From Heterodontus francisci (Eukaryota), in contig NC_090399.1 in assembly GCF_036365525.1 (NCBI RefSeq), forward strand, positions 67,078,862 to 67,142,861: DNA of 64,000 nucleotides, in the 5' to 3' direction. Each line of letters starts with the position of its first letter. The stretch's first letter is position 1. The position numbers were made by a program, and so were the translations under genes. Shown one piece after another: positions 1 to 13,559 of this stretch. The notes beneath the pieces were generated by a model. The model was not told the DNA's origin, did no database searches, and saw only the letters and a list, made by a program, of their open reading frames with translations.

Positions 1-1707
1 CTCTTCCTGCCTCCTCCTCTTCCTCTTTGCCTCCTCCTGTCCTCCTCCTCTTCTCCTCTTCTCCTCCTCCTCTTCCTGCCTTCTCTTCTCCTCCTCCTCT
101 TCCTTTCCACTCCTCTTCGTCTCCTCTTCTTCTCCCTCCTCCTCTTCTCCTCGCCTCTTCCTGCCTCCTCCTCTACCTCCCTTTTCTTCTCCTCCTCTTC
201 TTTCCCACTCCTCTTCTCCTCCTCCTCCACTCCCTCCGCCTTCTCCTCCTCTTCCTTCCCACTCCTCTTCGCCTCCTCCTCTTCTTCCTGCCTCCTCCTC
301 TTCTCCTCCTCCTCTTCCTGCCTCCTCTTCCTCTGTGCCTTCTCCTCCTCCTCTTCCTGCCGCCTCTTCTCCTCCGCCTCTTCTTCCTCCTCCTCGTCCC
401 CTCCTCCTCTTTTCCTCCTCCTATGCCTGCTCCTCCTCTTCCTGCCTCCCCCTCCTGCCTCCTCCTCTTCTTCCTGCCTCCTCCTCTTCCTCCGTGTCTT
501 CTCCTCCTCCTCTTCCTGCCTCCTCCTCTCCTCCGTGTCTTCTCCTACACCTCTTCTCCCCCTCCTCTTCTCCTCCTCCTTCGGTTTTCCTCCTATTCGT
601 TTTCTCCTCCTCTTTTCCTCCTCCTCTTCCTGCCTCCTCCTCTCCTCCGTGTCTTCTCCTACTCCTCTTCTCCTCCTCCTTCGGTCTTCCTGCTCCTCGT
701 CCCCTCCTCCGCTTTTCCTCCTCCTATTCTCCTCCTTCTTTACTCCCCCCCTCTTTGCCTGCTCCTCTTCTTCTCCTCCTCTTCCTGCCTCCTCCTCTTC
801 CTGCCTCCTCCGCTTCTCTTCCTCCTCCGCTCCTCCGCTTCCTATTCCTGCATCCTCCTCTTCTTCCTCTTCCTCTTCTTCCTCCTCCTCTTGCTGCCTC
901 CTCTTCTCCTCATCCTCCTCCTCTTCACCTCCTCTTCTCCTCTTCCTGCCTCCTCTTCTCCTGCTCCGCTTCTCCTCCTTCTCTTGTCTTCCTCCTCTTC
1001 TCCTCCTCTTCTCCTCTTCTTCTTCCTCCTCCTCTTCTTCCTCCTCTGCTTCCTGTCTCCTCATCTCCTCCTCTTGCTGCCTCCTTTTCTCGTCCTCCGC
1101 TTCACCTCCTCCTCCTTTTGTCCTCCTCTTATCCTCCTCCTCATCTCCTCCTCCCCTTCCCGCCTCCTCTTCCCGCCCACTCCTCTTCTCCTCCAACTCA
1201 TCTACTCCTCCTCTACTCCTCCTTCTCTCCCTGCCTCCTCCTCTTCCTGCCACCCCCTCTACCTTCCTCCTCTTCCTACCTCCTCCTCTTCCCATCTCCT
1301 CCGCCTCGTCCTGTATCCTCCTCTCCTCCTCCTGTTCTTCCTCCTACTCTTCTCCTCCTCCTCTTCTTCCTCCTTCTCTTCTCTGCTTCCTCTTCCTGCC
1401 TCCTCATCCAGCTGCCGCCTCCTCTTCATCCTCTTCCTCTTCTCCTGCTCCTCTTCCTGCCTCATCCTCTACCTGCCTCCTCCTCTTCCTGCCACCTCCT
1501 CTACCTGCTTCCTCCCCTTCCTGCCTCCTCCTCTTCTACTCCTCCTCCTCTTCCTCTTCCTCTTCCTGTCTCATCCTCTTCCTGCCTCCTCCTCTACCTG
1601 CCTCCTCCTCTTCTTTCTTCTACTCTCATCCCTAATCATCTTCCCGCCTCCTCCTCTTCCTCCTACTCTTCTCCGTCCTCCACCTCTTCCTCCTCCTCTT
1701 CTCCTGT

Positions 1708-2062
1708 GGGGGCGGCACAGTGGCGCAGTGGTTAGCACTGCAGCCTCACAGCTCCAGCGACCCGGGTTCAATTCTGGGTACTGCCTGTGTGGAGTTTGCA
1801 AGTTCTCCCTGTGTGTGCGTGGGTTTCCTCCGGGTGCTCCGGTTTTCTCCCACATGCCAAAGACTTGCAGGTTGATAGGTAAATTGGCCATTAGCAATTG
1901 CCTCCAGTGGTAGGTGGTAGGGAAATATAGGGACAGGTGGGGATGTGGAAGGAATATGGGATTAGTGTAGGATTAGTATAAATGGGTGGTTAATGGTAGG
2001 CACAGACTCGGTGGGCCGAAGGGCCTGTTTCAGTGCTGTATCTCTAAACTAAACTAAACTAA
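1708..2062 (+). mobile_element. tRNA-derived V-SINE (HE1-like), copy 1
   Basis: Pol III A box TGGCGCAGTGG (1721-1731), B box GGTTCAATTC (1765-1774), V-domain-like GTGTGGAGTTTGCA..TGCGTGGGTTTCCTCCGGGTGCTCCGG, CR1-type tail TGGGCCGAAGGGCCTGTTTCAGTGCTGTA + (CTAAA)n. Confidence 0.88.
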
Positions 2063-2262
2063 CCATCTTCCTGTCTCCTCCTCTTCTCCCTNNNNNNNNN
2101 NNNNNNNNNNNNNNNNNNNNNNNNNNNNNNNNNNNNNNNNNNNNNNNNNNNNNNNNNNNNNNNNNNNNNNNNNNNNNNNNNNNNNNNNNNNNNNNNNNNN
2201 NNNNNNNNNNNNNNNNNNNNNNNNNNNNNNNNNNNNNNNNNNNNNNNNNNNNNNNNNNNNNN

Positions 2263-2774
2263 AACAAAGAACAAAGAACAGTACAGCACAGGAACAGGCC
2301 ATTCGGCCCTCCAAGCCTGCGCCGATTTTGCTGCCTGCCTAAACTAACACCTTCTGCACTTCCGGGGCCCATATCTCTCTATTCCCATCCTATTCATGTA
2401 TTTGTCAAGATGTCTCTTAAACATCGCTATCATACCTGCTTCCACCACCTCCCCCGGCAGCAAGTTCCAAGCACTCACCACCCTCTGTGTAAAGAACTTG
2501 CCTCGCACATCCCCTCTAAACTTTGCCCCTCTCACCTTAAACCTATGTCCCCTAGTAACTGACTCTTCCACCCTGGGAAAAGGCTTCTGACTATCCACTC
2601 TGTCCATGCTGCTCATAACTTTGTAAACCTCTGTCATGTCGCCCCTCCACCTCTGTCGTTCCAGTGAAAACAATCCGAGTTTTTCCAACCTCTCCTCATA
2701 GCTAATGCCCTCCAGACCAGGCAACATCCTGGTAAACCTCCTCTGTACTCTCTCCAAAGCCTCCATGTCCTTCT
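2263..2774 (-). mobile_element. CR1 LINE 3' fragment (5'-truncated), copy 1
   Basis: Translates ALERVQRRFTRMLPGLEGISYEERLEKLGLFSLE..FFTQRVVSAWNLLP (CR1 ORF2 C-terminus); AACAAAG-repeat tail. Confidence 0.93.
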
Positions 2775-5029
2775 TCTCTTTCTCCTCTTCCTGCCTCCTC
2801 CTCTTCTTCTCTTTTTCCTCTTCCTGCCTCCTCATCTTCTCCCGCTCTTCTTCCACCTCTTCTTCTCCTCTTCTTACCTCCTCTTCTTGTTCCTCCGCGC
2901 TTCTCTTCCTCCACTTTTTCCTCCTCCTCTTCTTCCTCCACGTCTTCTCCCTACTCCTTTTCCTGCCTCCTCCTCATCTCCCTAGTCATCTTCCTTCCTC
3001 CTCCTCTTCCTGCCTTCTCCTCATCTTCCTCCTCCTGTTATTCCTCCTCTTTCTGCCTCTTTTCCCCCCCCCTCCGCTCCTTCTCCTTTCCTCCCCCTCC
3101 TCTACTCCTCCTCCCCTTCCTGCCTCCTCTTCTCCTTCTCCAATTCCTCCTCCTCCTCTTCCTGCTCCACTTCCTGCCACCTCCTCGTCTCCCCCTCCTC
3201 TTCTCCTCCTCCTCCCTGCCACCTCCTCTTCTCCTCCAATTCCTCCTCCTCCTCTTCCTGCCTCCTCTTTTCCTCTTCCTCTTCTCTTCCTGCCTCCTCT
3301 TCTCCTCCTCCACTGCCTGCCTCCTCCTCTTCTCCTCCTTGCTCTTCCTCCTCTTCCTGCCTCCTCCTCTTCCTCTTTGCCTCCTCCTGTCCTCCTCCTC
3401 TTCTCCTCTTCTCCTCCTCCTCTTCCTGCCTTCTCTTCTCCTCCTCCTCTTCCTTTCCACTCCTCTTCTTCTCCCTCCTCCTCTTCTCCTCGCCTCTTCC
3501 TGCCTCCTCCTCTACCTCCCTTTTCTTCTCCTCCTCTTCTTTCCCACTCCTCTTCTCCTCCTCCACTCCCTCCGCCTTCTCCTCCTCTTCTTTCCCACTC
3601 CTCTTCGCCTCCTCCTCTTCTCCTCTTCTTCCTGCCTCCTCCTCTTCTCCTCCTCCTCTTCCTGCCTCCTCCTCTTCCTCTGTGCCTTCTCCTCCTCCTC
3701 TTCCTGCCGCCTCTTCTCCTCCGCCTCTTCTTCCTCCTCCTCGTCCCCTCCTCCTCTTTTCCTCCTCCTATGCCTGCTCCTCCTCTTCCTGCCTCCCCCT
3801 CCTGCCTCCTCCTCTTCTTCCTGCCTCCTCCTCTTCCTCCGTGTCTTCTCCTCCTCCTCTTCCTGCCTCCTCCTCTCCTCCGTGTCTTCTCCTACACCTC
3901 TTCTCCCCCTCCTCTTCTCCTCCTCCTTCGGTCTTCCTCCTCCTCGTCCCCTCCTCCTCTTTTCCTCCTCCTCTTCCTGCCTCCTCCTCTCCTCCGTGTC
4001 TTCTCCTACTCCTCTTCCTGCCTCCTTCGGTCTTCCTGCTCCTCGTCCCCTCCTCCGCTTTTCCTCCTCCTATTCTCCTCCTTCTTTACTCCCCCCTCTT
4101 CGCCTGCTCCTCTTCTTCTCCTCCTCTTCCTGCCTCCTCCTCTTCCTGCCTCCTCCGCTTCTCTTCCTCCTCCGCTCCTCCGCTTCCTATTCCTGCCTCC
4201 TCCTCTTCTTCCTCTTCCTCTTCTTCCTCCTCCTCTTGCTGCCTCCTCTTCTCCTCATCCTCCTCCTCTTCACCTCCTCTTCTCCTCTTCCTGCCTCCTC
4301 TTCTCCTGCTCCGCTTCTCCTCCTTCTCTTGTCCTCCTCCTCTTCTCCTCCTCTTCTCCTCTTCTTCTTCCTCCTCTGCTTCCTGTCTCCTCATCTCCTC
4401 CTCTTGCTGCCTCCTTTTCTCGTCCTCCGCTTCACCTCCTCCTCCTTTTGTCCTCCTCTTATCCTCCTCCTCATCTCCTCCTCCCCTTCCCGCCTCCTCC
4501 TCTTCCCGCCCACTCCTCTTCTCCTCCAACTCATCTACTCCTCCTCTACTCCTCCTTCTCTCCCTGCCTCCTCCTCTTCCTGCCACCCCCTCTACCTTCC
4601 TCCTCTTCCTACCTCCTCCTCTTCCCATCTCCCTCCGCCTCGTCCTGTATCCTCCTCTCCTCCTCCTGTTCTTCCTCCTACTCTTCTCCTCCTCCTCTTC
4701 TTCCTCCTTCTCTTCTCTGCCTCCTCTTCCTGCCTCCTCATCTAGCTGCCGCCTCCTCTTCATCCTCTTCCTCTTCTCCTGCTCCTCTTCCTGCCTCATC
4801 CTCTACCTGCCTCCTCCTCTTCCTGCCACCTCCTCTACCTGCTTCCTCCCCTTCCTGCCTCCTCCTCTTCTACTCCTCCTCCTCTTCCTGTCTCATCCTC
4901 TTCCTGCCTCCTCCTCTACCTGCCTCCTCCTCTTCTTTCTTCTACTCTCCTCCCTAATCATCTTCCCGCCTCCTCCTCTTCCTCCTACTCTTCTCCGTCC
5001 TCCACCACTTCCTCCTCCTCTTCTCCTGT

Positions 5030-5387
5030 GGGGGCGGCACAGTGGCGCAGTGGTTAGCACTGCAGCCTCACAGCTCCAGCGACCCGGGTTCAATTCTGGG
5101 TACTGCCTGTGTGGAGTTTGCAAGTTCTCCCTGTGTGTGCGTGGGTTTCCTCCGGGTGCTCCGGTTTCCTCCCACATGCCAAAGACTTGCAGGTTGATAG
5201 GTAAATTGGCCATTAGCAATTGCCTCTAGTATAGGTAGGTGGTAGGGAAATATAGGAACAGGTGGGGATGTGGAAGGAATATGGGATTAGTGTAGGATTA
5301 GTATAAATGGGTGGTTAATGGTCGGCACAGACTCGGTGGGCCGAAGGGCCTGTTTCAGTGCTGTATCTCTAAACTAAACTAAACTAA
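5030..5387 (+). mobile_element. tRNA-derived V-SINE (HE1-like), copy 2
   Basis: Near-identical to 1708-2062. Confidence 0.88.
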
Positions 5388-5587
5388 CCATCTTCCTGTC
5401 TCCTCCTCTTCTCCCTNNNNNNNNNNNNNNNNNNNNNNNNNNNNNNNNNNNNNNNNNNNNNNNNNNNNNNNNNNNNNNNNNNNNNNNNNNNNNNNNNNNN
5501 NNNNNNNNNNNNNNNNNNNNNNNNNNNNNNNNNNNNNNNNNNNNNNNNNNNNNNNNNNNNNNNNNNNNNNNNNNNNNNNNNNNNNNN

Positions 5588-6101
5588 AACAAAGAACAAA
5601 GAACAGTACAGCACAGGAACAGGCCATTCGGCCCTCCAAGCCTGCGCCGATTTTGCTGCCTGCCTAAACTAACACCTTCTGCACTTCCGGGGCCCATATC
5701 TCTCTATTCCCATCCTATTCATGTATTTGTCAAGATGTCTCTTAAACATCGCTATCATACCTGCTTCCACCACCTCCCCCGGCAGCAAGTTCCAAGCACT
5801 CACCACCCTCTGTGTAAAGAACTTGCCTCGCACATCCCCTCTAAACTTTGCCCCTCTCACCTTAAACCTATGTCCCCCCTAGTAACTGACTCTTCCACCC
5901 TGGGAAAAGGCTTCTGACTATCCACTCTGTCCATGCTGCTCATAACTTTGTAAACCACTATCATGTCGCCCCTCCACCTCTGTCGTTCCAGTGAAAACAA
6001 TCCGAGTTTTTCCAACCTCTCCTCATAGCTAATGCCCTCCAGACCAGGCAACATCCTGGTAAACCTCCTCTGTACTCTCTCCAAAGCCTCCATGTCCTTC
6101 T
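5588..6101 (-). mobile_element. CR1 LINE 3' fragment, copy 2 (frameshifted)
   Basis: Near-identical to 2263-2774, with a lengthened C-run near 5875 that shifts the frame. Confidence 0.93.
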
Positions 6102-8347
6102 TCTCTTTCTCCTCTTCCTGCCTCCTCCTCTTCTTCTCTTTTTCCTCTTCCTGCCTCCTCATCTTCTCCCGCTCTTCTTCCACCTCTTCTTCTCCTCTTC
6201 CTACCTCCTCTTCTTGTTCCTCCGCGCTTCTCTTCCTCCACTTTTTCCTCCTCCTCTTCTTCCTCCACGTCTTCTCCCTACTCCTTTTCCTGCCTCCTCC
6301 TCATCTCCCTAGTCATCTTCCTTCCTCCTCCTCTTCCTGCCTTCTCCTCATCTTCCTCCTCCTGTTATTCCTCCTCTTTCTGCCTCTTTTCCCCCCCCCT
6401 TCGCTCCTTCTCCTTTCCTCCCCCTCCTCTACTCCTCCTCCCCTTCCTGCCTCCTCTTCTCCTCCTCCAATTCCTCCTCCTCCTCTTCCTGCTCCACTTC
6501 CTGCCACCTCCTCGTCTCCCCCTCCTCTTCTCCTCCTCCTCCCTGCCACCTCCTCTTCTCCTCCAATTCCTCCTCCTCCTCTTCCTGCCTCCTCTTTTCC
6601 TCTTCCTCTTCTCTTCCTGCCTCCTCTTCTCCTCCTCCACTGCCTGCCTCCTCCTCTTCTCCTCCTTGCTCTTCCTCCTCTTCCTGCCTCCTCCTGTCCT
6701 CCTCCTCTTCTCCTCTTCTCCTCCTCCTCTTCCTGCCTTCTCTTCTCCTCCTCCTTTTCCTTTCCACTCCTCTTCTTCTCCCTCCTCCTCTTCTCCTCGC
6801 CTCTTCCTGCCTCCTCCTCTACCTCCCTTTTCTTCTCCTCCTCTTCTTTCCCACTCCTCTTCTCCTCCTCCTCCACTCCCTCCGCCTTCTCCTCCTCTTC
6901 CTTCCCACTCCTCTTTGCCTCCTCCTCTTCTCCTCTTCTTCCTGCCTCCTCCTCTTCTCCTCCTCCTCTTCCTGCCTCCTCCTCTTCCTCTGTGCCTTCT
7001 CCTCCTCCTCTTCCTGCCGCCTCTTCTCCTCCGCCTCTTCTTCCTCCTCCTCGTCCCCTCCTCCTCTTTTCCTCCTCCTATGCCTGCTCCTCCTCTTCCT
7101 GCCTCCCCCTCCTGCCTCCTCCTCTTCTTCCTGCCTCCTCCTCTTCCTCCGTGTCTTCTCCTCCTCCTCTTCCTGCCTCCTCCTCTCCTCCGTGTCTTCT
7201 CCTACACCTCTTCTCCCCCTCCTCTTCTCCTCCTCCTTCGGTCTTCCTCCTCCTCGTCCCCTCCTCCTCTTTTCCTCCTCCTCTTCCTGCCTCCTCCTCT
7301 CCTCCGTGTCTTCTCCTACTCCTCTTCTCCTCCTCCTTCGGTCTTCCTGCTCCTCGTCCCCTCCTCCACTTTTCCTCCTCCTATTCTCCTCCTTCTTTAC
7401 TCCCCCCCTCTTCGCCTGCTCCTCTTCTTCTCCTCCTCTTCCTGCCTCCTCCGCTTCTCTTCCTCCTCCGCTCCTCCGCTTCCTATTCCTGCCTCCTCCT
7501 CTTCTTCCTCTTCCTCTTCTTCCTCCTCCTCTTGCTGCCTCCTCTTCTCCTCATCCTCCTCCTCTTCACCTCCTCTTCTCCTCTTCCTGCCTCCTCTTCT
7601 CCTGCTCCGCTTCTCCTCCTTCTCTTGTCCTCCTCCTCTTCTCCTCCTCTTCTCCTCTTCTTCTTCCTCCTCCTCTTCTTCCTCCTCTGCTTCCTGTCTC
7701 CTCATCTCCTCCTCTTGCTGCCTCCTTTTCTCGTCCTACGCTTCACCTCCTCCTCCTTTTGTCCTCCTCTTATCCTCCTCCTCATCTCCTCCTCCCCTTC
7801 CCGCCTCCTCCTCTTCCCGCCCACTTCCTCTTCTCCTCCAACTCATCTACTCCTCCTCTACTCCTCCTTCTCTCCCTGCCTCCTCCTCTTCCTGCCACCC
7901 CCCTCTACCTTCCTCCTCTTCCTACCTCCTCCTCTTCCCATCTCCTCCGCCTCGTCCTGTATCCTCCTCTCCTCCTCCTGTTCTTCCTCCTACTCTTCTC
8001 CTCCTCCTCTTCTTCCTCCTTCTCTTCTCTGCCTCCTCTTCCTGCCTCCTCATCTAGCTGCCGCCTCCTCTTCATCCTCTTCCTCTTCTCCTGCCCCTCT
8101 TCCTGCCTCATCCTCTACCTGCCTCCTCCTCTTCCTGCCACCTCCTCTACCTGCTTCCTCCCCTTCCTGCCTCCTCCTCTTCTACTCCTCCTCCTCTTCC
8201 TCTTCCTGTCTCATCCTCTTCCTGCCTCCTCCTCTACCTGCCTCCTCCTCTTCTTTCTTCTACTCTCCTCCCTAATCATCTTCCCGCCTCCTCCTCTTCC
8301 TCCTACTCTTCTCCGTCCTCCACCTCTTCCTCCTCCTCTTCTCCTGT

Positions 8348-8705
8348 GGGGGCGGCACAGTGGCGCAGTGGTTAGCACTGCAGCCTCACAGCTCCAGCGA
8401 CCCGGGTTCAATTCTGGGTACTGCCTGTGTGGAGTTTGCAAGTTCTCCCTGTGTGTGCGTGGGTTTCCTCCGGGTGCTCCGGTTTCCTCCCACATACCAA
8501 AGACTTGCAGGTTGATAGGTAAATTGGCCATTAGCAATTGCCTCTAGTATCGGTAGGTGGTAGGGAAATATAGGGACAGGTGGGGATGTGGAAGGAATAT
8601 GGGATTAGTGTAGGATTAGTATAAATGGGTGGTTAATGGTCGGCACAGACTCGGTGGGCCGAAGGGCCTGTTTCAGTGCTGTATCTCTAAACTAAACTAA
8701 ACTAA
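8348..8705 (+). mobile_element. tRNA-derived V-SINE (HE1-like), copy 3
   Basis: Near-identical to copies 1 and 2. Confidence 0.88.
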
Positions 8706-8905
8706 CCATCTTCCTGTCTCCTCCTCTTCTCCCTNNNNNNNNNNNNNNNNNNNNNNNNNNNNNNNNNNNNNNNNNNNNNNNNNNNNNNNNNNNNNNNNNN
8801 NNNNNNNNNNNNNNNNNNNNNNNNNNNNNNNNNNNNNNNNNNNNNNNNNNNNNNNNNNNNNNNNNNNNNNNNNNNNNNNNNNNNNNNNNNNNNNNNNNNN
8901 NNNNN

Positions 8906-9419
8906 AACAAAGAACAAAGAACAGTACAGCACAGGAACAGGCCATTCGGCCCTCCAAGCCTGCGCCGATTTTGCTGCCTGCCTAAACTAACACCTTCTGC
9001 ACTTCCGGGGCCCATATCTCTCTATTCCCATCCTATTCATGTATTTGTCAAGATGTCTCTTAAACATCGCTATCATACCTGCTTCCACCACCTCCCCCGG
9101 CAGCAAGTTCCAAGCACTCACCACCCTCTGTGTAAAGAACTTGCCTCGCACATCCCCTCTAAACTTTGCCCCTCTCACCTTAAACCTATGTCCCCCCTAG
9201 TAACTGACTCTTCCACCCTGGGAAAAGGCTTCTGACTATCCACTCTGTCCATGCTGCTCATAACTTTGTAAACCACTATCATGTTGCCCCTCCACCTCTG
9301 TCGTTCCAGTGAAAACAATCCGAGTTTTTCCAACCTCTCCTCATAGCTAATGCCCTCCAGACCAGGCAACATCCTGGTAAACCTCCTCTGTACTCTCTCC
9401 AAAGCCTCCATGTCCTTCT
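8906..9419 (-). mobile_element. CR1 LINE 3' fragment, copy 3 (frameshifted)
   Basis: Near-identical to copy 2, frameshifted at the same C-run. Confidence 0.93.
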
Positions 9420-12400
9420 TCTCTTTCTCCTCTTCCTGCCTCCTCCTCTTCTTCTCTTTTTCCTCTTCCTGCCTCATCTTCTCCCGCTCTTCTTCCACCT
9501 CTTCTTCTCCTCTTCCTACCTCCTCTTCTTGTTCCTCCGCGCTTCTCTTCCTCCACTTTTTCCTCCTCCTCTTCTTCCTCCACGTCTTCTCCCTACTCCT
9601 TTTCCTGCCTCCTCCTCATCTCCCTAGTCATCTTCCTTCCTCCTCCTCTTCCTGCCTTCTCCTCATCTTCCTCCTCCTGTTATTCCTCCTCTTTCTGCCT
9701 CTTTTCCCCCCCCCCTCCGCTCCTTCTCCTTTCCTCCCCCTCCTCTCCTCCTCCTCCCTGCCACCTCCCCTTCTCCTCCTCCAATTCCTCCTCCTCCTCT
9801 TCCTGCCTCCTCTTCTCCTCCTCCACTGCCTGCCTCCTCCTCTTCTCCTCCTTGCTCTTCCTCCTCTTCCTGCCTCCTCCTCTTCCTCTTTGCCTCCTCC
9901 TGTCCTCCTCCTCTTCCTGCCTTCTCTTCTCCTCCTCCTCTTCCTTTCCACTCCTCTTCGTCTCCTCTTCTTCTCCCTCCTCCTCTTCTCCTCGCCTCTT
10001 CCTGCCTCCTCCTCTACCTCCCTTTTCTTCTCCTCCTCTTCTTTCCCACTCCTCTTCTCCTCCTCCTCCACTCCCTCCGCCTTCTCCTCCTCTTCCTTCC
10101 CACTCCTCTTCGCCTCCTCCTCTTCTCCTCCTCTTCTTTCTGCCTCCTCCTCTTCTCCTCCTCCTCTTCCTGCCTCCTCCTCATCCTCTGTGCCTTCTCC
10201 TCCTCCTCTTCCTGCCGCCTCTTCTCCTCCGCCTCTTCTTCCTCCTCCTCGTCCCCTCCTCCTCTTTTCCTCCTCCTCTTCCTGCCTCCCCCTCCTGCCT
10301 CCTCCTCTTCTTCCTGCCTCCTCCTCTTCCTCCGTGTCTTCTCCTCCTCCTCTTCCTGCCTCCTCCTCTCCTCCGTGTCTTCTCCTACACCTCTTCTCCC
10401 CCTCCTCTTCTCCTCCTCCTTCGGTCTTCCTCCTCCTCGTCCCCTCCTCCTCTTTTCCTCCTCCTCTTCCTGCCTCCTCCTCTCCTCCGTGTCTTCTCCT
10501 ACTCCTCTTCTCCTCCTCCTTCGGTCTTCCTGCTCCTCGTCCCCTCCTCCGCTTTTCCTCCTCCTATTCTCCTCCTTCTTTACTCCCCCCCCTCTTCGCC
10601 TGCTCCTCTTCTTCTCCTCCTCTTCCTTCCTCCTCCTCTTCCTGCCTCCTCCGCTTCTCTTCCTCCTCCGCTCCTCCGCTTCCTATTCCTGCCTCCTCCT
10701 CTTTCTCCTCTTCCTCTTCTTCCACCTCCTCTTGCTGCCTCCTCTTCTCCTCATCCTCCTCCTCTTCACCTCCTCTTCTCCTCTTCCTCCTCCTCTTCAC
10801 CTCCTCTTCTCCTCTTCCTGCCTCCTCTTCCTGCCTCCTCTTCTCCTGCTCCGCTTCTCCTCCTTCTCTTGTCCTCCTCCTCTTCTCCTCCTCTTCTTCC
10901 TCCTCCTCTTCTTCCTCCTCTGCTTCCTGTCTCCTCATCTCCTCCTCTTGCTGCCTCCTTTTCTCGTCCTCCGCTTCACCTCCTCCTCCTTTTGTCCTCC
11001 TCTTATCCTCCTCATCTGCTCCTCCCCTACCCGCCTCCTCCTCTTCCCGCCCACTCCTCTTCTCCTCCAACTCATCTACTCCTCCTCTACTCCTCCTTCT
11101 CTACCTGCCTCCTCCTCTTTTCCTCTGCCTCATCTACACCTCCTCTTCTCCTCTTCCTCCTCTTCCTACCTCCTCCTCTTGGACTCCTCATCTCCTCCGC
11201 CTCTTCCTGTCTCCTCCTCTTCTACTCCTCGTCTCCTCCTCCTCCTCTGCCTGCCTCCGCTTTTCCTCCCCCTCTTCTCCTCCTCCTCTTTTACTCCTCC
11301 TCTTCCTGCCTCCTCCTCTTCCTGTCTCCTCCTCTTCCTGTCTCCTCCTGCCTCCTCCTCTCCTCTACCTGGCACCTCTNNNNNNNNNNNNNNNNNNNNN
11401 NNNNNNNNNNNNNNNNNNNNNNNNNNNNNNNNNNNNNNNNNNNNNNNNNNNNNNNNNNNNNNNNNNNNNNNNNNNNNNNNNNNNNNNNNNNNNNNNNNNN
11501 NNNNNNNNNNNNNNNNNNNNNNNNNNNNNNNNNNNNNNNNNNNNNNNCTCCTCATCTGGCCTCCTCTACTTGCCTTCTCCCCTTCTTCCTCCTCCACTTC
11601 TTCCTCCTCCTCTATTTCCTGCCTCCTCCTCTTCTCCTCCTCCTTTTCCTGCCTCCCTGCCTCCTCCTATTCCTGCCTCCTCCTTCACTTCTCCTCTTCT
11701 TCTCCTCCTCCTCCTCCTGCCTCCTCCTCTTCTCCTCCTCTTCCTGCCTCTTCTTCCTGCCTCCTCCTCTTTTCCTCTTCTCCTTCCTGCCTCCTCCTCT
11801 TCTTCCTCCTCCTCCCTTCCTGCCTCCTCCTCACCGCCTCCGCTTCTGCTCTTCTCCTCCTCCTGTTCCTCCTCCTCCTCCTCTTCTTTACCTGGCTCCT
11901 CCTCCTCTTTCTGCCTCCTCTTCTCCTCCTCCTCTTCTCCTCTTCCTCTTCCTGACTCCTCCGCTTCTCATCCTCCTCTACCTGCCTTCTCTTCTCCTCC
12001 TCTTCCTTCCCACTCCTCTTCGCCTCCTCCTCCTCTCCTCCATCTCCTCTTCCTCCTCCTCTTCCTGCCTCCTCTTCTCCTCCTGCTCTTCGGCTCCTCC
12101 TCTTCATGCCTCCTCCTCTTCCTACCTCCTCCACTTCTCCTCCTCCTCCCTCCTCCTCCTCCCCTTCCTGCCTCCCCCTCTTCTACTTTTCCTCCTCTTC
12201 CTCTACCTATCTCATCCTCTTCCTGCATCCTCCTCTACCTGCTTCCTCCACTTCGCCTCCTCTTCTTCCTCCTTCTCTTTTTCCTCCTCCTCCTCTTCTT
12301 CCACCTCCTCTTCTTCCTCCTCCTCTTCTTCCTCCTCCTCTTCTTCCTCCTCCCTTCCTGCCTCCTCCTCACCGCCTCCGCTTCAGCTCTTCTCCTCCTC

Positions 12401-13559
12401 CTTTTGCCCTCCTCCTCTTCTCCTCCTCCCCTCCTGCCTCCTCTTCTCCTCCGCCTCATCTACTCCTCCTCTTCTCCTCCTCCTCTTCTTCCACCTCCTC
12501 TTCTTCCTCCTCCTCTTCTTCCTCCTCCTCTTCCTGCCTCCTCCTCACCACCTCCGCTTCTGCTCTTCTCCTCCTCCTGTTCCTCCTCCTCCTCCTCTTC
12601 TCTACCTGGCTCCTCCTCCTCTTCCTGCCTCCTCTTCCTGACTCCTCCGCTTCTCATCCGCCTCTACCTGCCTTCTCTTCTCCTCCTCCTCTTCCTTCCC
12701 ACTCCTCTTCTCCTCCTCTCCTCCATCTCCTCTTCCTCCTCCTCTTCCTGCCTCCGCTTTTCCTCCCCCTCTTCTCCTCCTGCTCATCGGCTCTTCCTCT
12801 TCATTCCTCCTCTTCCTGCCTCCTCCTCTTCCTACCTCCTCCACTTCGCCTCCTCCTCCTCTTCCTCCCTCTTCCCCCTCCTCTTCCACTTCCTGCCTCC
12901 TCCTCCTCCTCTTGCTGCCTCCTCCTTGTCCGCTTCCTCTTGTCCGCCTCCCCCTCCTCTTCTCCTTTTGTCCTCCTCTACTCCTCCTCCTCTTCCCGCC
13001 TTGTCCTCTTCTCCTCCACCTCATCTACTTCTCCTCTACTCCTCCTCCTCTTCGTGCCTCCACCGCTTCTCCTCCTCTTCTACCCCTCCCCTTCTACTCC
13101 TTCTCTTCCTGCCTCCTCCGCTTCTCCTCCTCCTCTATCTGCCTTCTCTTCTCCTCCTCTCCTCCTCTTCGCCTCCTCCTCTCCTCCTCCTCCTGCCTCC
13201 TCCTCTCCTCTACCTGGCTCCTCCTGTTCTTCCTCCTCTTCTCCTCCTCCTCTTCCTCCTACTCTTCTCCTCCTCCTCTTCCTGCGTCTTCCTCTTCCTG
13301 CCTCCTCCTCCTCCTGCCTCCTCCTCTCCTCTACCTGGCTCCTCCTGTTCTTCCTCCTCTCCTTCTCACTCCTCTTCGCCTCCTCCTCCTCTTTCTGCCT
13401 CTTTTCCTCCTCCTATGCCTGCTCCTCTTCTTCCTGCTTCCTCCTCCTGCCTCCTCCTCCTCTCCTCCATATCCTCTTCCTCCTCCTCCTCTTCCTGCCT
13501 CCGCTTTTCCTCCCCCTCTTCTCCTCCTGCTCTTCAGCTCCTCCTCTTACTGCCTCCTC

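Larger units (their letters stand above)
1..11100. repeat. Higher-order tandem array, ~3.32-kb unit (pyrimidine tract + V-SINE + 171 N + CR1 3' fragment); 3 SINE/CR1 cassettes plus a partial unit
   Basis: SINE starts at 1708/5030/8348, 171-N runs at 2092/5417/8735, CR1 tails at 2263/5588/8906; flanking pyrimidine text repeats with the same period. Confidence 0.93.

Noticed and set aside
1708-1780. tRNA gene
   Set aside because: The tRNA-like head continues into a V-domain and LINE-derived tail, so it is a SINE
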